Assembly (NCBI GenBank): GCA_963924565.1
Contig: OZ004610.1
Coordinates: 6,820,001 to 6,884,000 of the forward strand
From: Ascidiella aspersa
Lineage: Eukaryota
DNA length: 64,000 nt
Direction: 5' to 3'
How positions within the stretch are numbered: position 1 is the stretch's first letter; each line of letters opens with the position of its first letter. Under the pieces are notes generated by a model. That model did not search any database. It was given only the letters and a program-made list of their open reading frames with translations, and was not told where the DNA came from. Positions 48,525 to 61,800 of the stretch are shown piece by piece. Position numbers and translations under genes: made by a program.

Positions 48525-48946
48525 GACTTAAGTCCCAGTCAAGTCATTCGTTAATTAACATAAGTCAAACTCAAATCTAAATAGCGTCCCAGTCCCAAGT
48601 CGTCGGTTCCCAAGGCAAGTCACAGTCAATACATTATTAGAGCAAGTCAACTTCAAGTCAAGTCCTTGTTATAAAAATAAAACTTCAAACTATTGAAACT
48701 GGTGAACTCGTTCGTTTATTATGAGCAATGAATCAAATAAAAAAATAAGCAAGCAAATTATTTTATGTGCAAGATTTAAGGTAAATAACCAAATTTTATA
48801 AATAGTTGCTTAATTATGAGACTACATTTTAACCCAAGTCTTTTGTCCAAATGAAAGTCAAGTAATTTTAGCCAAAATACTTTAGTCAAGTCAAGTCATT
48901 TGAAAATAATGACCTAAGTGCACTTAAGTCAAGTCATTCCAACACT
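48525..48946. mobile_element. hAT-like element remnant with (AAGTC)n subterminal repeats; related copy at 56800-56944
   Basis: Dense AAGTC/GACTT pentamers and a shared right end ...CAACACTG in both copies. Confidence 0.6.
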
Positions 48947-49418
48947 GCGGTTTGTGCCTTGCTTTATGCGTTTGTGGTTCTGTGTTTGTGATTCCCACTT
49001 GAACATAAGGGTTTGAATTTGGGTAGTTACTACAGATATTCAATGATTTATATTTTAACCCGGGTAAAACGCTAATATTTTGGCTGTTGGGCAGAACGAA
49101 CGTTATTATGGCAAATAGACCAAATTGAATAAACAAATACGATCAAAAATATTTCTTATGCCAGAAAAAAATGCGTTGGATGCAAACCCTGGATTAAACG
49201 CTCCAATTAACTAGATTTTAAGCGGTATTCGATATCACCCTACGGTATGCGATGGGTACCTATCTATACACTACCACTTGGCATCGGGTATCGTTTGCTA
49301 ATCGATATTATCGGACATCGTTAGTAATCACACTAGGACCCGCAACAGTCAATAACGAATCAAAGAATAAAGTTGTTTTCAGCACCTAGGGGAATGTTTT
49401 TAAGAAGTTTATAGATCG

Positions 49419-49489
49419 AAATAAAGTCTAAATTTACAATAAAGTCAAAATTTACAATAAAGTCAAAATTTAGAATAAAGTCAAAATTT
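49419..49489. repeat. 18-bp minisatellite x4 (AATAAAGTCAAAATTTAC)
   Basis: Read directly from the sequence. Confidence 0.85.
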
Positions 49490-49870
49490 GTCGAATTATG
49501 GATTTTGACAAAGTTTTTGTGTTTCTTGAGAGTAATTTTTGTAATAATCGTCGTCGAAGCATTGTAAATCAGGAACTGCGACACAATTAAACCATATTAA
49601 CCCATAAAACCAGGAAATATGTCACAATGCCCACTTGGATCAGCACTAAATTTTATGGCAAATTGTTCATTGTTAAGCCATTGTTACGCATTTAAATAAT
49701 TATTATAAAACATTCCTTTTCATAAACGTGGTGCTGTCGAAAATCAACAGTTTGGATTTTAGGAATAGCCTACAGGCATTCTGTAATACAAAAATGCCTA
49801 AGCAAGCTAAATCTAACGCTAGAAAACACGACGCCCTTTTTATAATTCATAAACAACCTTGACTTTTCAA

Positions 49871-49947
49871 CAAAATATTACGTTTGGGTCTGAAATCGAC
49901 AAAATATTATGTTTGGGTCTGAAATCGACAAAATATTATGTTTGGGT
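49871..49947. repeat. 29-bp tandem repeat, about 2.6 copies (CAAAATATTATGTTTGGGTCTGAAATCGA)
   Basis: Read directly from the sequence. Confidence 0.85.
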
Positions 49948-51696
49948 AACTGGCATCAATTCAAGAAAGAACTGTGACCTCTACCAATAAGCAATTTCGT
50001 TAGGTCAAAATATAGTCAAAATAATGTTTTTTTTAGGTCAAAATAAAAAGCGCCCTACTGATCACTCACCCACATCCATCATTTAATAAATCCATAGAAG
50101 CATATCTCGTTCACTCCGCTTTTCTTACAAGCCTACCACACCCACAAAGGCGTTTGCTCTAAGGCAGTGTTTCTCTTCCCGTAGACCGACAACTCAAATT
50201 ATGTATCCGTTGTTTGCGTCGCCAACTGCAGTAGTTCACCTGGTTATAGATTTATTGAAATTGATTCTGAGCAAGATTTCTCCGTACTGAAGAAAATTAC
50301 ACTGGCAATGCGCGGCTCACGTTGCTTTAATTTGCATTTTTATCTATGCCAAATGTTTTACGTTTTTTTGCTCCCTAAATATTTGGTCAAGAGCATTGTT
50401 TCGCCATAGGCTCGCTGTTATACCTAAAAAAAATAGGTTGTGGCGACACTGCTTTACGGCTTTCATTTCCAGTGAAATTTGCAATCGTAGATGTTGTACT
50501 TCATTGCGGGAGAAAAGTGCACCTACTTGTTTTGGTGCATGTCGTAAAACTGCCGCCTGTCTAGTTTTAGCCCGCGCAATAGTTTCGCTTTTGTGTGTGC
50601 GAACCTAGTACGTGACCTAATCTTTAAACTCCTGTTTGTTCTGCGAAATTTTCAGCTGCTATCGCGCAAGTCGGCCTTCCCAAAGCGAATAATATAGGCA
50701 CGGTGACCTCGCAATTAAGTATACCTATTAGTTTTAGTAATTTTTACTGTTCGATTTCAAGCTAAATCTAACTGAAATTTGGTGTAAATTCTCTAAGTTA
50801 GTAATGCTCTAACTTTTTTAGTTTTTTTGACCGGTTATGCCTTGACAAAACATATAGCTGTAGTTTCCAATTGTAATATTTAGCAAAATCAACCCAAACA
50901 CCGTTTTGTATTTTTTTTTTCGGTAGGTTAATGAACACGAAATGCGTGCCAGCCTTTATAGATTGTATCAAGATTATATACAGAAATGTGTGTACGAAAC
51001 AACAACAAAACTCCCATTGACTTTGAATTGTTATATTTTTACATTTCTTCTTTGCCTTGCTGAGTCGTTAGGTTTAAAGCATTCGTTTGGTAAGTATTCC
51101 GAAACCCTCTCTTCGCTTTTACAGGATTTTTTGCAAAATTAGTATTTGAAACATGAGGGGGGGGGGGACTTGCCTTCAAAGGCTCGGTGGTAAATTGAAA
51201 ACAAGGTATTAAATACATTTCAAGGATTGAAGTGATTCGTCATTGCCCCTTGTAAGTTAGCAAACACGAATAAGGTGTATCGCCAATCCATTTTGACGAG
51301 ATTCTTTTTAAATATTGTACGACGCATTGAAAAGTTAAACGAGTTTGCGTTCTTAGACTGCATATTGAAAAAAATTGCACTACGGTACATAGAAAAATAA
51401 AAATTGACAAGGGTCATCCGAAAAAAGTCAATTAAAACCTAAACCTGAGAGCCGCATAAAACTGTTTGAAGAGCTCACCAGTTTTCCCGCGGTTTGGCTA
51501 CCCCTGCTATAGACTTTTTTTCTTATCTAATACTTATTATTACGAAAATGCAGGCAAGCCTGAAAATGGTTTGATAGGCCTTTGTTTCGAGGGCCAAATC
51601 AAAGTTCGATTTTTGAAAAAAAAAAAATTAAGAAACAAATGGCGGGCCATCCCCTTCCAAAGCTATCCCACTCGAAAATTGTCTTGCTGTTTACAG

Positions 51697-51827
51697 ACTA
51701 CTTGTCCCAGGGAGTGGATCTGAGCGGGGTCGAAGTGATAGAGAACGACCGCTTGTTTATCCAACGTGCCAAGGACGATGTCAAGTCGCAAGCCTCCAGG
51801 CTCCTCGAGCAGGGCATCGCCTCGCTG
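51697..51827 (+). CDS. COG5: COG5 exon 6 ([22 protein letters not shown]...LLEQGIASL)
   Basis: Matches [22 protein letters not shown]...RLLEQG; 131 nt; phase 1 joins exon 5 across a 30.7-kb intron. Confidence 0.96.
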
Positions 51828-54175
51828 GTTCGTTTATTTCTCTTTTCTGTTGTATACTTTCAATGAAACGCGATTGCATATTGTACACCTCCTGAACTGG
51901 AAAGGTTGACATTTAGGGCTTAGTATTGTGTTGGGTTTAATACTATTCTATGGATTTAATTAACAAAAAGTTTCTGTCATCGCCTCGCTGGTTTGTTTAT
52001 TCATTTTTTTGCTGTATATTTTTATGAAAACGTGACTGCATAGTCCCCGTCCCCTGGGCTGGAAAGGTTAACATTAAGGGCTTAAGATTGTTTGGGGTAT
52101 ATAACACTATGGAATACTATGGTCAAGGGTTCATTTACGTAAAAGTTTAAACTTGGTCGTCGCAATTTAAATCTTTGTATACATGGAACTGGAAATAAAT
52201 GTTTCCTTTTGGGGCCTTGTACTGAATTATAAGAAAATTGAAAAATGGGAGCTTGTGTACGAATTTTCTTTTTTCACAAATATTAGGTTGTTCGGGAAGT
52301 TTAACAACAAACATTTTTTATGGTAACGCTTTCTAATTTAAACCCTGCTAGTATACATTTAGGTACATGCTATACAGCGATACAATTTTTTTGTGGTTAC
52401 ATCTTCATACATTTTAAGTAATCGATTTTCGAATAGGTTGGAGGTCCAGGTATTTTAAATTATTACATAACGCCGACGTATACTTGACTTTTATGTATAT
52501 GACCATTCCGGTTTAAATAACCAACCAGTGCATTTTATAGAAGGGAAATTTGGCCTAAACATCCTACTCTGAAGGCAAAGTATTTTCTTCTTACCCAAAC
52601 TTCTTCATATTACAATGCGGGCAGACCTGGTATTTCCTACAGATACCGGCAATTTTCAGATAGCACAAAAACTATGATTGTTACATGAAAACACTCCTAC
52701 GTATACCTTACCGACATCCAATTATTCGTGACATCACATCTTGGCTTTCCTTGTTTCGATTTACCGCTGTTTGTTTTCATATCCCGCAATGTTCGGCCTT
52801 TCGCGCCCATTATTATAGGATAAGCCCTGTATACGTGACTTAGTTACGTTACGCAGCGATTCGCCACCCTTTGCTGAGTACTCGCAATTTTGCCTTAAAA
52901 CGATTTCTAAAAAATTGGCGTTTTTCGAGGAGACCATGTTGACGTGCCCACTGCCCACGAATGAAAAAGGTGAATAATCTGCTTCCAAAAGAGCCTATTA
53001 CGTAGAAACCTTATGTTGCCAGATGGTTAAACGTTTAGTATCAGATGGTTAAATTTCATGGATTTTCAACATCTCTTAATTTCGCACCAGGGTGATACCC
53101 TATGTTTTGGCCTAATATACTTAAGTGTATTCAGATTATGGTCAAATTTAGACTTTTAAAACCCTTCGCGCGAAGCCTGAACAACGTGACATGTACAACA
53201 AACATATATTTTGTTAAACTGCTTCACGTTTTTCAACCATACGAGATTGTTCCAATACATTAACACAGTGTTTTTCGACCTATGGTATCGACGCTGAAAT
53301 TGTTTGGGTCGTCGAGTCGTTTTAGAATATGGTTAAATTTTTTTAGTTATTTCGCCCTGCAGCGTATTTCTTTAATTATGATCGCAAAATACGATATTTA
53401 TTGATACACCATAAACGGAAATGTTTGTCAGATGCAACTGAGCTACATCTTAATTAAGTTAACGTTGCAAGACAATTTCATTAAGCTAACCAAGTATTTT
53501 GATCAATTTTTGTTTTACGTTCCCTTTATAAGAATTCGAATAAAGTAAATATGAATAAACTATATTCCCGGCCCGCCATTTCTTAATTATCCATCCCTTT
53601 ATAATATGGTTAAATGTTTAGGTCCAGAGCAAGGTCTCCCCAAGATTAAAAAAAATGCGGAATCAATACGAAGATATGGCTGATATAAATTTAATTCGAA
53701 CAGAATTATGCTTCTTTCTTATTTCTGTTTTATTCACTTAAAGCTTAAAAAGTTCATTGAAGGGAATTTCGGTCACCAAGGCTTCGCAGGTACACTTATG
53801 CCTGTAATATTTGGGTCGCCGCGAAAAGAGCTATCTTAAGAAACACTGTCTTGATACGACAGACAAGGCCTGACACGTGATCTGTTTCTTATATTCAGAT
53901 TTCTTATATTTACGCATCGATTAAAACACAATAGGATTTTTGGGTTTCATGATGACATGCGAAACAGCGAGAGGGGGAAAGGGCAATTTTTCGATTGCGA
54001 CATATGTTGTTATTTTTTTACTCAGGATACACGATTATTCGTTTTTCAATCCGAATTCTATATATGCTTCATGATATTAGCCTAGAGCGTTGCCATCCAT
54101 CTACCTGACACGGTACGCGTTGCTTATTTAATCTCAGTTCAAATAAATGTGTTTGCGAAGCGGAACACTCTAAAA

Positions 54176-55346
54176 CAGTGATTCCCAAACTGTGTGCCTC
54201 GAGAGATTGTCAAGTGTGCCGCGAAACTTTTTGTAATTTCGGAAACGAGAGTATTTGTATAACCAATAGGCATACATGCAAGCATTTTAGACTTAAATAC
54301 GCACTAATAGGGATATTCAAAGTAGAATATCGAATCCTTGGATTCGAATCCCTATTCTGCCGTTTATTTCGGGTAATTGGAACCGATATAATTTAATGTT
54401 TTACCGCCGATTGTTGCGCCTAATTGCACAAACGCGTGTGGTAAGTTGGCCTGTCGCTGCGGCAACCAATTTCCAGAGCTTGCTTTAAATGTAACCCGGT
54501 AGTAGTGTCAGCGTTTTTTCGGGCGACTAATTACCGCGTCTGGCGATAACGTTCGTCTAATAATTAAGTGTCAATCAAGCGTTATTGGGCGAGCGACTAA
54601 CGTGTAGTGCCAGGTGCGGAGTTCGCAATTTTCCTAAATGCGTTACGTTGCAAAAGTAACTTTTACATTGTTATGCGCAGTGTAATTGTCAAGAATTCGT
54701 TAAGTCAATAGTAACTTTGTATTCTTTGCAGTACATTATTTGACTGCATAACAGATCACGTTAGTAAACAAATAAGCCCTAAGACTCGACAATGCTTGAA
54801 AAAACAGGACCGAATTGCTTAAGACTTCTGTGTGCAGTGTTGCATTGTACTCACTATTGGCAAAAATATAAGTTTTGGCAACAACCTGGACAGTTGACAT
54901 ATTACAGTTTACACAACTGCTTTAAATGACAGTTGTTAAGAATGTTAAACATATGGGAGATTTTTTTTATTATCATGTACACATGTTAGAAAATTGTTTT
55001 GGCGGTTTATTGCTGTGATTGTGGGCCCTGTAGGGTAGATTAACATTAATCCGTTTCCCAAACAAAATCGAGGTTAAATAATTTAATATAAATATACTAG
55101 GATTCGCTATTCTGGATTCGTTATTCTAGATTCGAAACCTATTATTCTAGAATACCTTGGGATTCTACTTTGAACATCCCTACGCACTAAACATTTCAAA
55201 TCAATAATTTTGAGACATTTACATATCGTTTGTCGTGTGTTAAGAGTCATTGTAAGATTACTCTATGGTTGTTCTGTTAAAAGTGCGCCGCGAAATAGTT
55301 AGATATTTTTATTGTGCCGCGAGCCAAAAAAGTTTGGGAACCACTG
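54176..55346. mobile_element. hAT MITE (outer element of a nested pair)
   Basis: TIRs CAGTGATTCCCAAAC / GTTTGGGAACCACTG; perfect TSD CTCTAAAA. Confidence 0.9.
54308..55182. mobile_element. Non-autonomous hAT element nested in the preceding MITE
   Basis: TIRs TAGGGATATTCAAAGTAGAAT / ATTCTACTTTGAACATCCCTA; perfect TSD CGCACTAA; GATTCG subterminal repeats. Confidence 0.9.
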
Positions 55347-55630
55347 CTCTAAAATAAACTTAAAAAAGTCCGCCTTGTTGTGTGATCCAGCGTGGAGTTT
55401 CTTACTTTTTAAGTGTATTATTTTAAGAATCATGACATAAAAATCATAGATAATTATTAAACTTCCTAACGTAAGCAAATTCCAGCCACTATTCTATTGA
55501 TGTCAATAGATAGTGGATATGACTGTTATGCTTTAAATATCGGTTATCTTTGTCGGATTAAAATTATAAGTATCGAACATCTCTTTAATCAAATATTCCT
55601 ATTTCAAAACGCTCATCTCGTTGCATTCAG

Positions 55631-55802
55631 AACCAGACCCACACCGCCACCGCACTCCAGGTCTTCTTCAACCTCGGAAACCTCCGCACGCCGGTCGATG
55701 ACGTAGTTGTGACGTCACTGAGTGCGGTGAAGCGGAACGTGAAGCAGGCGCTGGACGCGAAGGGCATCTCACAGAACTCGGCGGCCACACAACTGGATAA
55801 GG
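55631..55802 (+). CDS. COG5: COG5 exon 7 (NQTHTATALQVFFNLGNL...QLDK)
   Basis: Matches the N.TQVGTALQVFYNLG motif; 172 nt; donor G|GTGAGT. Confidence 0.94.
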
Positions 55803-58800
55803 GTGAGTGTGGGAACAACTTGTTTCGTACTGCGGACCGGTTAAACGTTCGTTTCAGTTCCACTAAACGCCGCCAATGTTGCTCCCTTAACTTTTGTGGG
55901 GGGCAGACGTTTACGGTATGACCTAAATACAGATAGATCGATCGTTTGCTACAACTGGACACCTTATGTGTGTGTGTTATGGGGAACCACGTGTATGCTC
56001 CCTGTTGCTTAAATTGCAACGACGACCGCCCAAAAAACTTCTAGGTCGTCCGAACAGAAACGAACGCGTACGCTAGGTTTTGTTTATCGCCGAAAAAATG
56101 TAAAGCATTTTGTCTGTCCGTATGCTCAGTTGGCAATGCACCAACTGTTGGATGCGAAATAAGTTTACCGTTAGTTTTACTTCCACCGAACGGCCCTAAT
56201 GTTGCCTCTTGCCTTGGGTGGAGGGCAGATGGCTTTCCTGTGTGATTCTATCGTGATTTTTGCGAAACCTTAATTGACCGAATGGGGAACGATAAATCAT
56301 TTTTGCGTGATTTTATTTGTTCTTTATCTTTTTTTGTTAAAAACACGTTTTTTTTGGTAAAAAAACGACTCGATTTTATTGGTGGGCAGATTGAGGGGCA
56401 CATTAACAAAGCCTATTGAAGTTACCATATGTCACGGCTGAAAATCACTGATGTGTTTAGCTGCTGATATAAGTGATATAAACACAAAACGGTTTGCGAT
56501 TCAGTTGGACAATATTGAGAAAAATCCTAAAATATTTTTTTCGCATTGGTATATATGAAAATTTTGCCAACTCTAATCAAATTTAGATAATAACTACTTT
56601 CTTGGTAAAGGAATAAAGCAAAGTAAGTATGAAAAAATGTATCATGCGCTAAAATGACAACGTCGTCTACAGTGGTTACTTTTTGTTCTGCTTCGCCAGC
56701 TAAAATACGCTTGTTTTACGTGCATATATAAAGATAAATAAACCATTTTGTAAATGGTAAATGAAAACACTTAATTTTAACCCAGGTCGTTTGGCATAAT
56801 GACTTAAGTCAAAGTCAAGTTATTTGTTCAGAAGACTTGGGACAAGTCAAGTTAATTTGGTTAAATGACTTGAGTCAAGTCATTAGAACACAGTAACTCA
56901 AGTTAACTTAAGCAAAATCATTGACTTAAGTCAATACAACACTGTTGGTTACGAATCCCGAAATATTCCTTTCAATTTCTTATCAAAATTACGTTTGCCT
57001 CACGCGCAAATTTTTTCTCTGGGGATGAGTTGAGTTTGAATATAGAAACGGAATCGCCTTGAATTCAATTTACTTGCAGCTTGGAGAAAATAATGTTACG
57101 ATACAACGTAGGAAGATGCGCTATTGCCATTTCCCCATATGTCTCCTTTGAGAAAGGATCCCAAATCGTTTTGAGAATGGCCTTTTGATCGCATTTATTT
57201 CTAAACGTTACAGTCGCACGTTTTTTTATTAGAAGAATGGGTTCCCTTTTATTAAGATTGTTGCTTTTTATGTAGTTTTTCATAAACACTTTTTTGAATC
57301 TGTATACATTAAGATCAATTTGTTTGAAAACATCCCTAATAATGTTGAAAACCACTAATTTTCTTCCAATTTCTTAGTATATTTTTTTAGTTTTCAAATA
57401 TTTGAAACTTCAAAGGTACACATTGATTTTTGCCACTTGGAAAATATTTTATTGTGCTTTTATATGCAAAACTCTGCCAAAAATAAAGGTAACAGTCTGG
57501 TTGGAACGTTTTATGTTAACCTATTTACTTATTGTTAGGCAGTGTAGCAGATTGTTAGGCAGTGTAATTCTACAGTTAACCACCACCATTTCCGAAAATT
57601 TGAGGTTCAGAAAAAGATTCTTAAAATACCACAAAGCAAAATAAAATGTTTTCTGAGGTTAATGAAACGTTCTAAACTGTTAGTAAGTTATAACCTAACG
57701 AATACAGGCTTTTTCAAAAAAATAATATTTGTTTTCGTATAGGAAGCCCACTTCGTCGATCTTTTTTCCTTACTTTACCGTCTTTTAATGATTTTTACCT
57801 TTCAATTGGGATCAATTGGACGTAGAAAGACACAGGGGAGAAATTGTTTTCGCGCCCAAGTGAACTCCATTATAAGCCGCAGCGCCAGTCGATACAGAAC
57901 TACTTACTGCTAAAATCCTCAGCGGTTTCCCTATTTGATCCGGGACGGATTTCGAATGCCTGATCAGTGTGCGAACAATTTAATTCCTCTTGCGATCGAC
58001 GTTTACGTTATGACCCAAATTCAGATACATTGATCGATTGGTGCATCTCGACATCTTATGTGTGTGTTATGGAAAACACGTGTATGCTCTCCGTCGCGTG
58101 AATTGCACCGGCGACCGCATGAAAATCTTTTTGCCGTTCGAACAGAAACGAACGAATATCGTCAGTTTTATTTGTCGCTTAAAAATGGAAAGCAGTTTGT
58201 CTGTCCGTATACGCTCGATTGGCAATGCACCGACTGGTGGTTGCGAACTTGACTGTTTGCTGAGGCGCATGTGACTCCGCTGGCTTTTTGTGTTATTTGA
58301 TATGGGGCTATTATATTCATCTAAAAAACATTTAGCTTAAAATTAAAGCAAAAACGAATACAAACGAAACTTAAAGGTGATTTACGCTGCTATTGCAAGA
58401 TATCGTAATTCTCCACCAAGTGTTTTTTTTAATATAACAGTACTACAGAGGAATCAGGTATAAGCTCCCATCAAATAATATCAGATCGTATGTTTTGCAA
58501 ATAATCATTGCTCATAAACTAAGTATCGCGTCCATTTCAAGTCGCATATACATTTGGCACGTCAGCTTATGTAAAGTCTCTTGTAAGTTTCCGTCCGGTG
58601 CCTACTCAAAAATCCCTCTGCGCCAAGCGTCTTGTAGTGACGTCACTCTGGCGCAACGCCAGCAAATAGATTGGACTTCGCCACAAAAGCAAGACCTCAC
58701 CTTTTCATTGATCCGAGCGACTTGGTTTTTCCACCGACACAACCTTGGACTCGACGCTAATGGCAACTCCATTAATTATGCAATCTCTCTGTGCTAAAAT

Positions 58801-61800
58801 ATCGCTACGCGCGCTTTCCAATTCCTATTTATATATAGATGTTAAGCAAACTTGTCTTTAGTTTGTTTTTCTGTTGCAAGAGAGGTATATCACTTTCGGG
58901 GAAGCTTTTCAAATGGCGTTTAAACTTGTTTAAAAAAATGAAGAGGGACTTTCTGCTCGTACTCGGATCGCGTTGGTATCCAGATTGACTCGTTTTTCTA
59001 CTCGGTTTATCGTAGGTAAGCAGCCCGCTTACTTTTTAAAGAAATAGCTGATTTTCTCACAAAAATCTATTTTCAGCAAACTTTTTTCATACAAGTTTCT
59101 CACATAATTTCGGTAACTTTGTATGGCTACTTTACACCATTACACGGCCGAGGAAAACTACATGTTAGTACTCGTGACTAGCTCAACCACTTTCATGGCC
59201 TTCGTTTAATTTATTCTTTTATTTTTTTTTTCTTTTCGGGATAATACAAAACCATAAAGGTTTTTAAATAATTTTTATTAAACCTACTTTGTAATAGGGT
59301 TAACGCATTTAACATGACAGAAATCAGGAACGTCTAATATTACCGGATCGGTATTGTTTTAAGAATGATTACATAATAAAGATTGTGGGTATGACAAACT
59401 TAATATGTAAAATATGAAGATATCTCCTCGCGCTTACGCGTAAGTGACGACAATGACTTCAAATGGTAGCAATATATTTTATCCGGCATAACCAGTCTCT
59501 TTGGCGAAATATATTTCTCGATTAATGACTAGAACTTATAAATGACTGATTTTGACTCAGACAAGAAAGCCTAAAGTATATAGATCGTGGATGATAAGCT
59601 TTCTAACTTAAAGCAAATTTTGGCCACAATTCTGTTGACGTCATAAGATATCGGATCAGACTGGTATGATAAATATCGGTTATCGGCTCAGAATGAAATG
59701 CCAAGTACCTAACATACCTACTCCCAGGGCCCTATTTTTATTGACGCGCAATATCGTTTAACAACGACATCTAACTGGAGAGTGAGTCAATTAGTTTTAA
59801 TTAAACATTTTTGCAAGACAATGTTGAGAGTTTCAATAATAATTGGAAATAAAAGAGCGTAGATACACGATATGGACCATATCGTTTTATCGGACCACAG
59901 TTTCATTAGCCCTAAACGAGACTCGAAAGCAAATCTAATAGTTTTGATTAAACATTTTTGCAAGAACCTTGGCGCATTTAACTTGGCATCAATTGAGAAA
60001 CGTCTGTTGTTTAACATTTAACTCTTTAATTGCGCGCTTTGAGGCAATCGGTACATTACAAAGTCGATTTTCCACCGACCCAACTCCATCAACGCTGGAG
60101 CGAAAATCGCCTCAGCTCAATGCAGTCGCCGTTTTCGTCGCAAATCGGCAATGACGTCACAGTCGCTCTCGCGACGAGCAACAATGCCGTTGACCGCGAT
60201 GGTCGATTCGGCCTAGGCGTCTGCATTACTTATTCATGACTCGACAATCTGATATCGTGTATCAGGCCGCAGCGTGGAACGGAAGACAAAGCGAAATCGA
60301 AGCCTATGTTGTTTTTGCAGAGTCGAATTGATGCTCGTTTTCCAATCGATAACGCCGATAATTTGCGTTGCATTTAGAGCGGAGGGGTGTACAACATGTT
60401 TTTGTGATGGCGGGTCTAATTCGTACCATAAAAGTTTGACATTCCTTATACAAAACTATTAACTGACGATTTCTTATAAATCAATCGCAACAGACATCCT
60501 ATTTGTGTGGTATTATCCCCTCTATATTGGCAGCACGCAACAAACTTGTGAACTTACCGTAAAGCAGGTGTTCACCAAGGGTACCGTAGGAGGTTGACTA
60601 GCGGGTCGCCGTCTATTTGTTAAACTGGCAAATTGATACAATGTTAACCTATAATACAATTGTTAAAAATGTGAACATTTTTCTGAATTGCATATGATGG
60701 TAATCTGATTTCACCAAAATTGTAGGGGGGGCATAGGTTGTCGAAAACTGAACAGGCTGTCTCGACGACAAAAAGGGTGGATGAATTTACAAAAGCATCA
60801 ATATGCAGCAATGCAATCAGTAAATACCGTGTCTATCTAAAGCAGGGTGTGCGTTTTATCTAAAGAAGGAAGTTTCGTGTGCTTGCCTGTTTGCCTGTTT
60901 CGAATACCAGTAAACTACTTTCCAGAATTATGGAAACCAAAAGAAAACTTGAGAAATCCAGTGATTATCTATTTTTAATGTTTTTCCCACTCCTGTCCTC
61001 AGTTTTTCGCGCGGCCTTCGTGAAATGACGTCACTTGGCGTCCTGGGCTTAACCCATTCGAAGCGTTTGATGTTTATCAACGTTTCTAGTACAACCTTTT
61101 CCCGACAATTGCACTTAGCAGCCTATACGTATATTTCACCCACAATAAATTCTCACTAATGGAATTGCAGGCAGTAACTTGCGCTACTGTAAAGACTGCC
61201 CCCATTCTGCCGTTTTAATGCTGCCAAATCAAGGTGGAGGTTAAGTTATGTTGCATACTTGTTGACCCTCGAGGTAAAATACACAGTGCGTTTCATTCAG
61301 GATCAAACCCAAAAAACAGTAATATATTACCATTAAAAAAGGGCGTTTTCGGAATTTGTTTTTTTTCTAACCTACAAACCATGTCAAATTACCGACTTAT
61401 AGATTTGCATCTGAATCTATTTTATAATATACATTAACTGCCATTTCTCTTTTCGAAATGAATTATTTTTTTATATTTTATTATATATATTATATATTAT
61501 TAACGAATTGCTGTCAGACTGAATAATTTTTGTTAGTTATATGTTAGCTTTTCAGGATTTTGTTCTGCGTTCGAACAACTTCGATTTTATTTCCATGGGA
61601 AAAAAATATTTCCAGGGATTTCTCTTGGGTTTGGGATTTTTTTTTTAATTAAACCAATTTTTTGTGTTTTCGAACAGCGCGTTAATTTTTTCACTTTTAC
61701 AAGATGTAACGTCAATTTAATTTATTAATAAAAGAGCTACAAAAAAAAGCGTTTTCAACTATACGATCGCCGAAAACTGTTGTATATAGTGTTCCAAAGT

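Noticed and set aside
57065-57355. 96-aa minus-strand ORF in COG5 intron 7
   Set aside because: AT-rich, with no recognisable family and no convincing splice partners.
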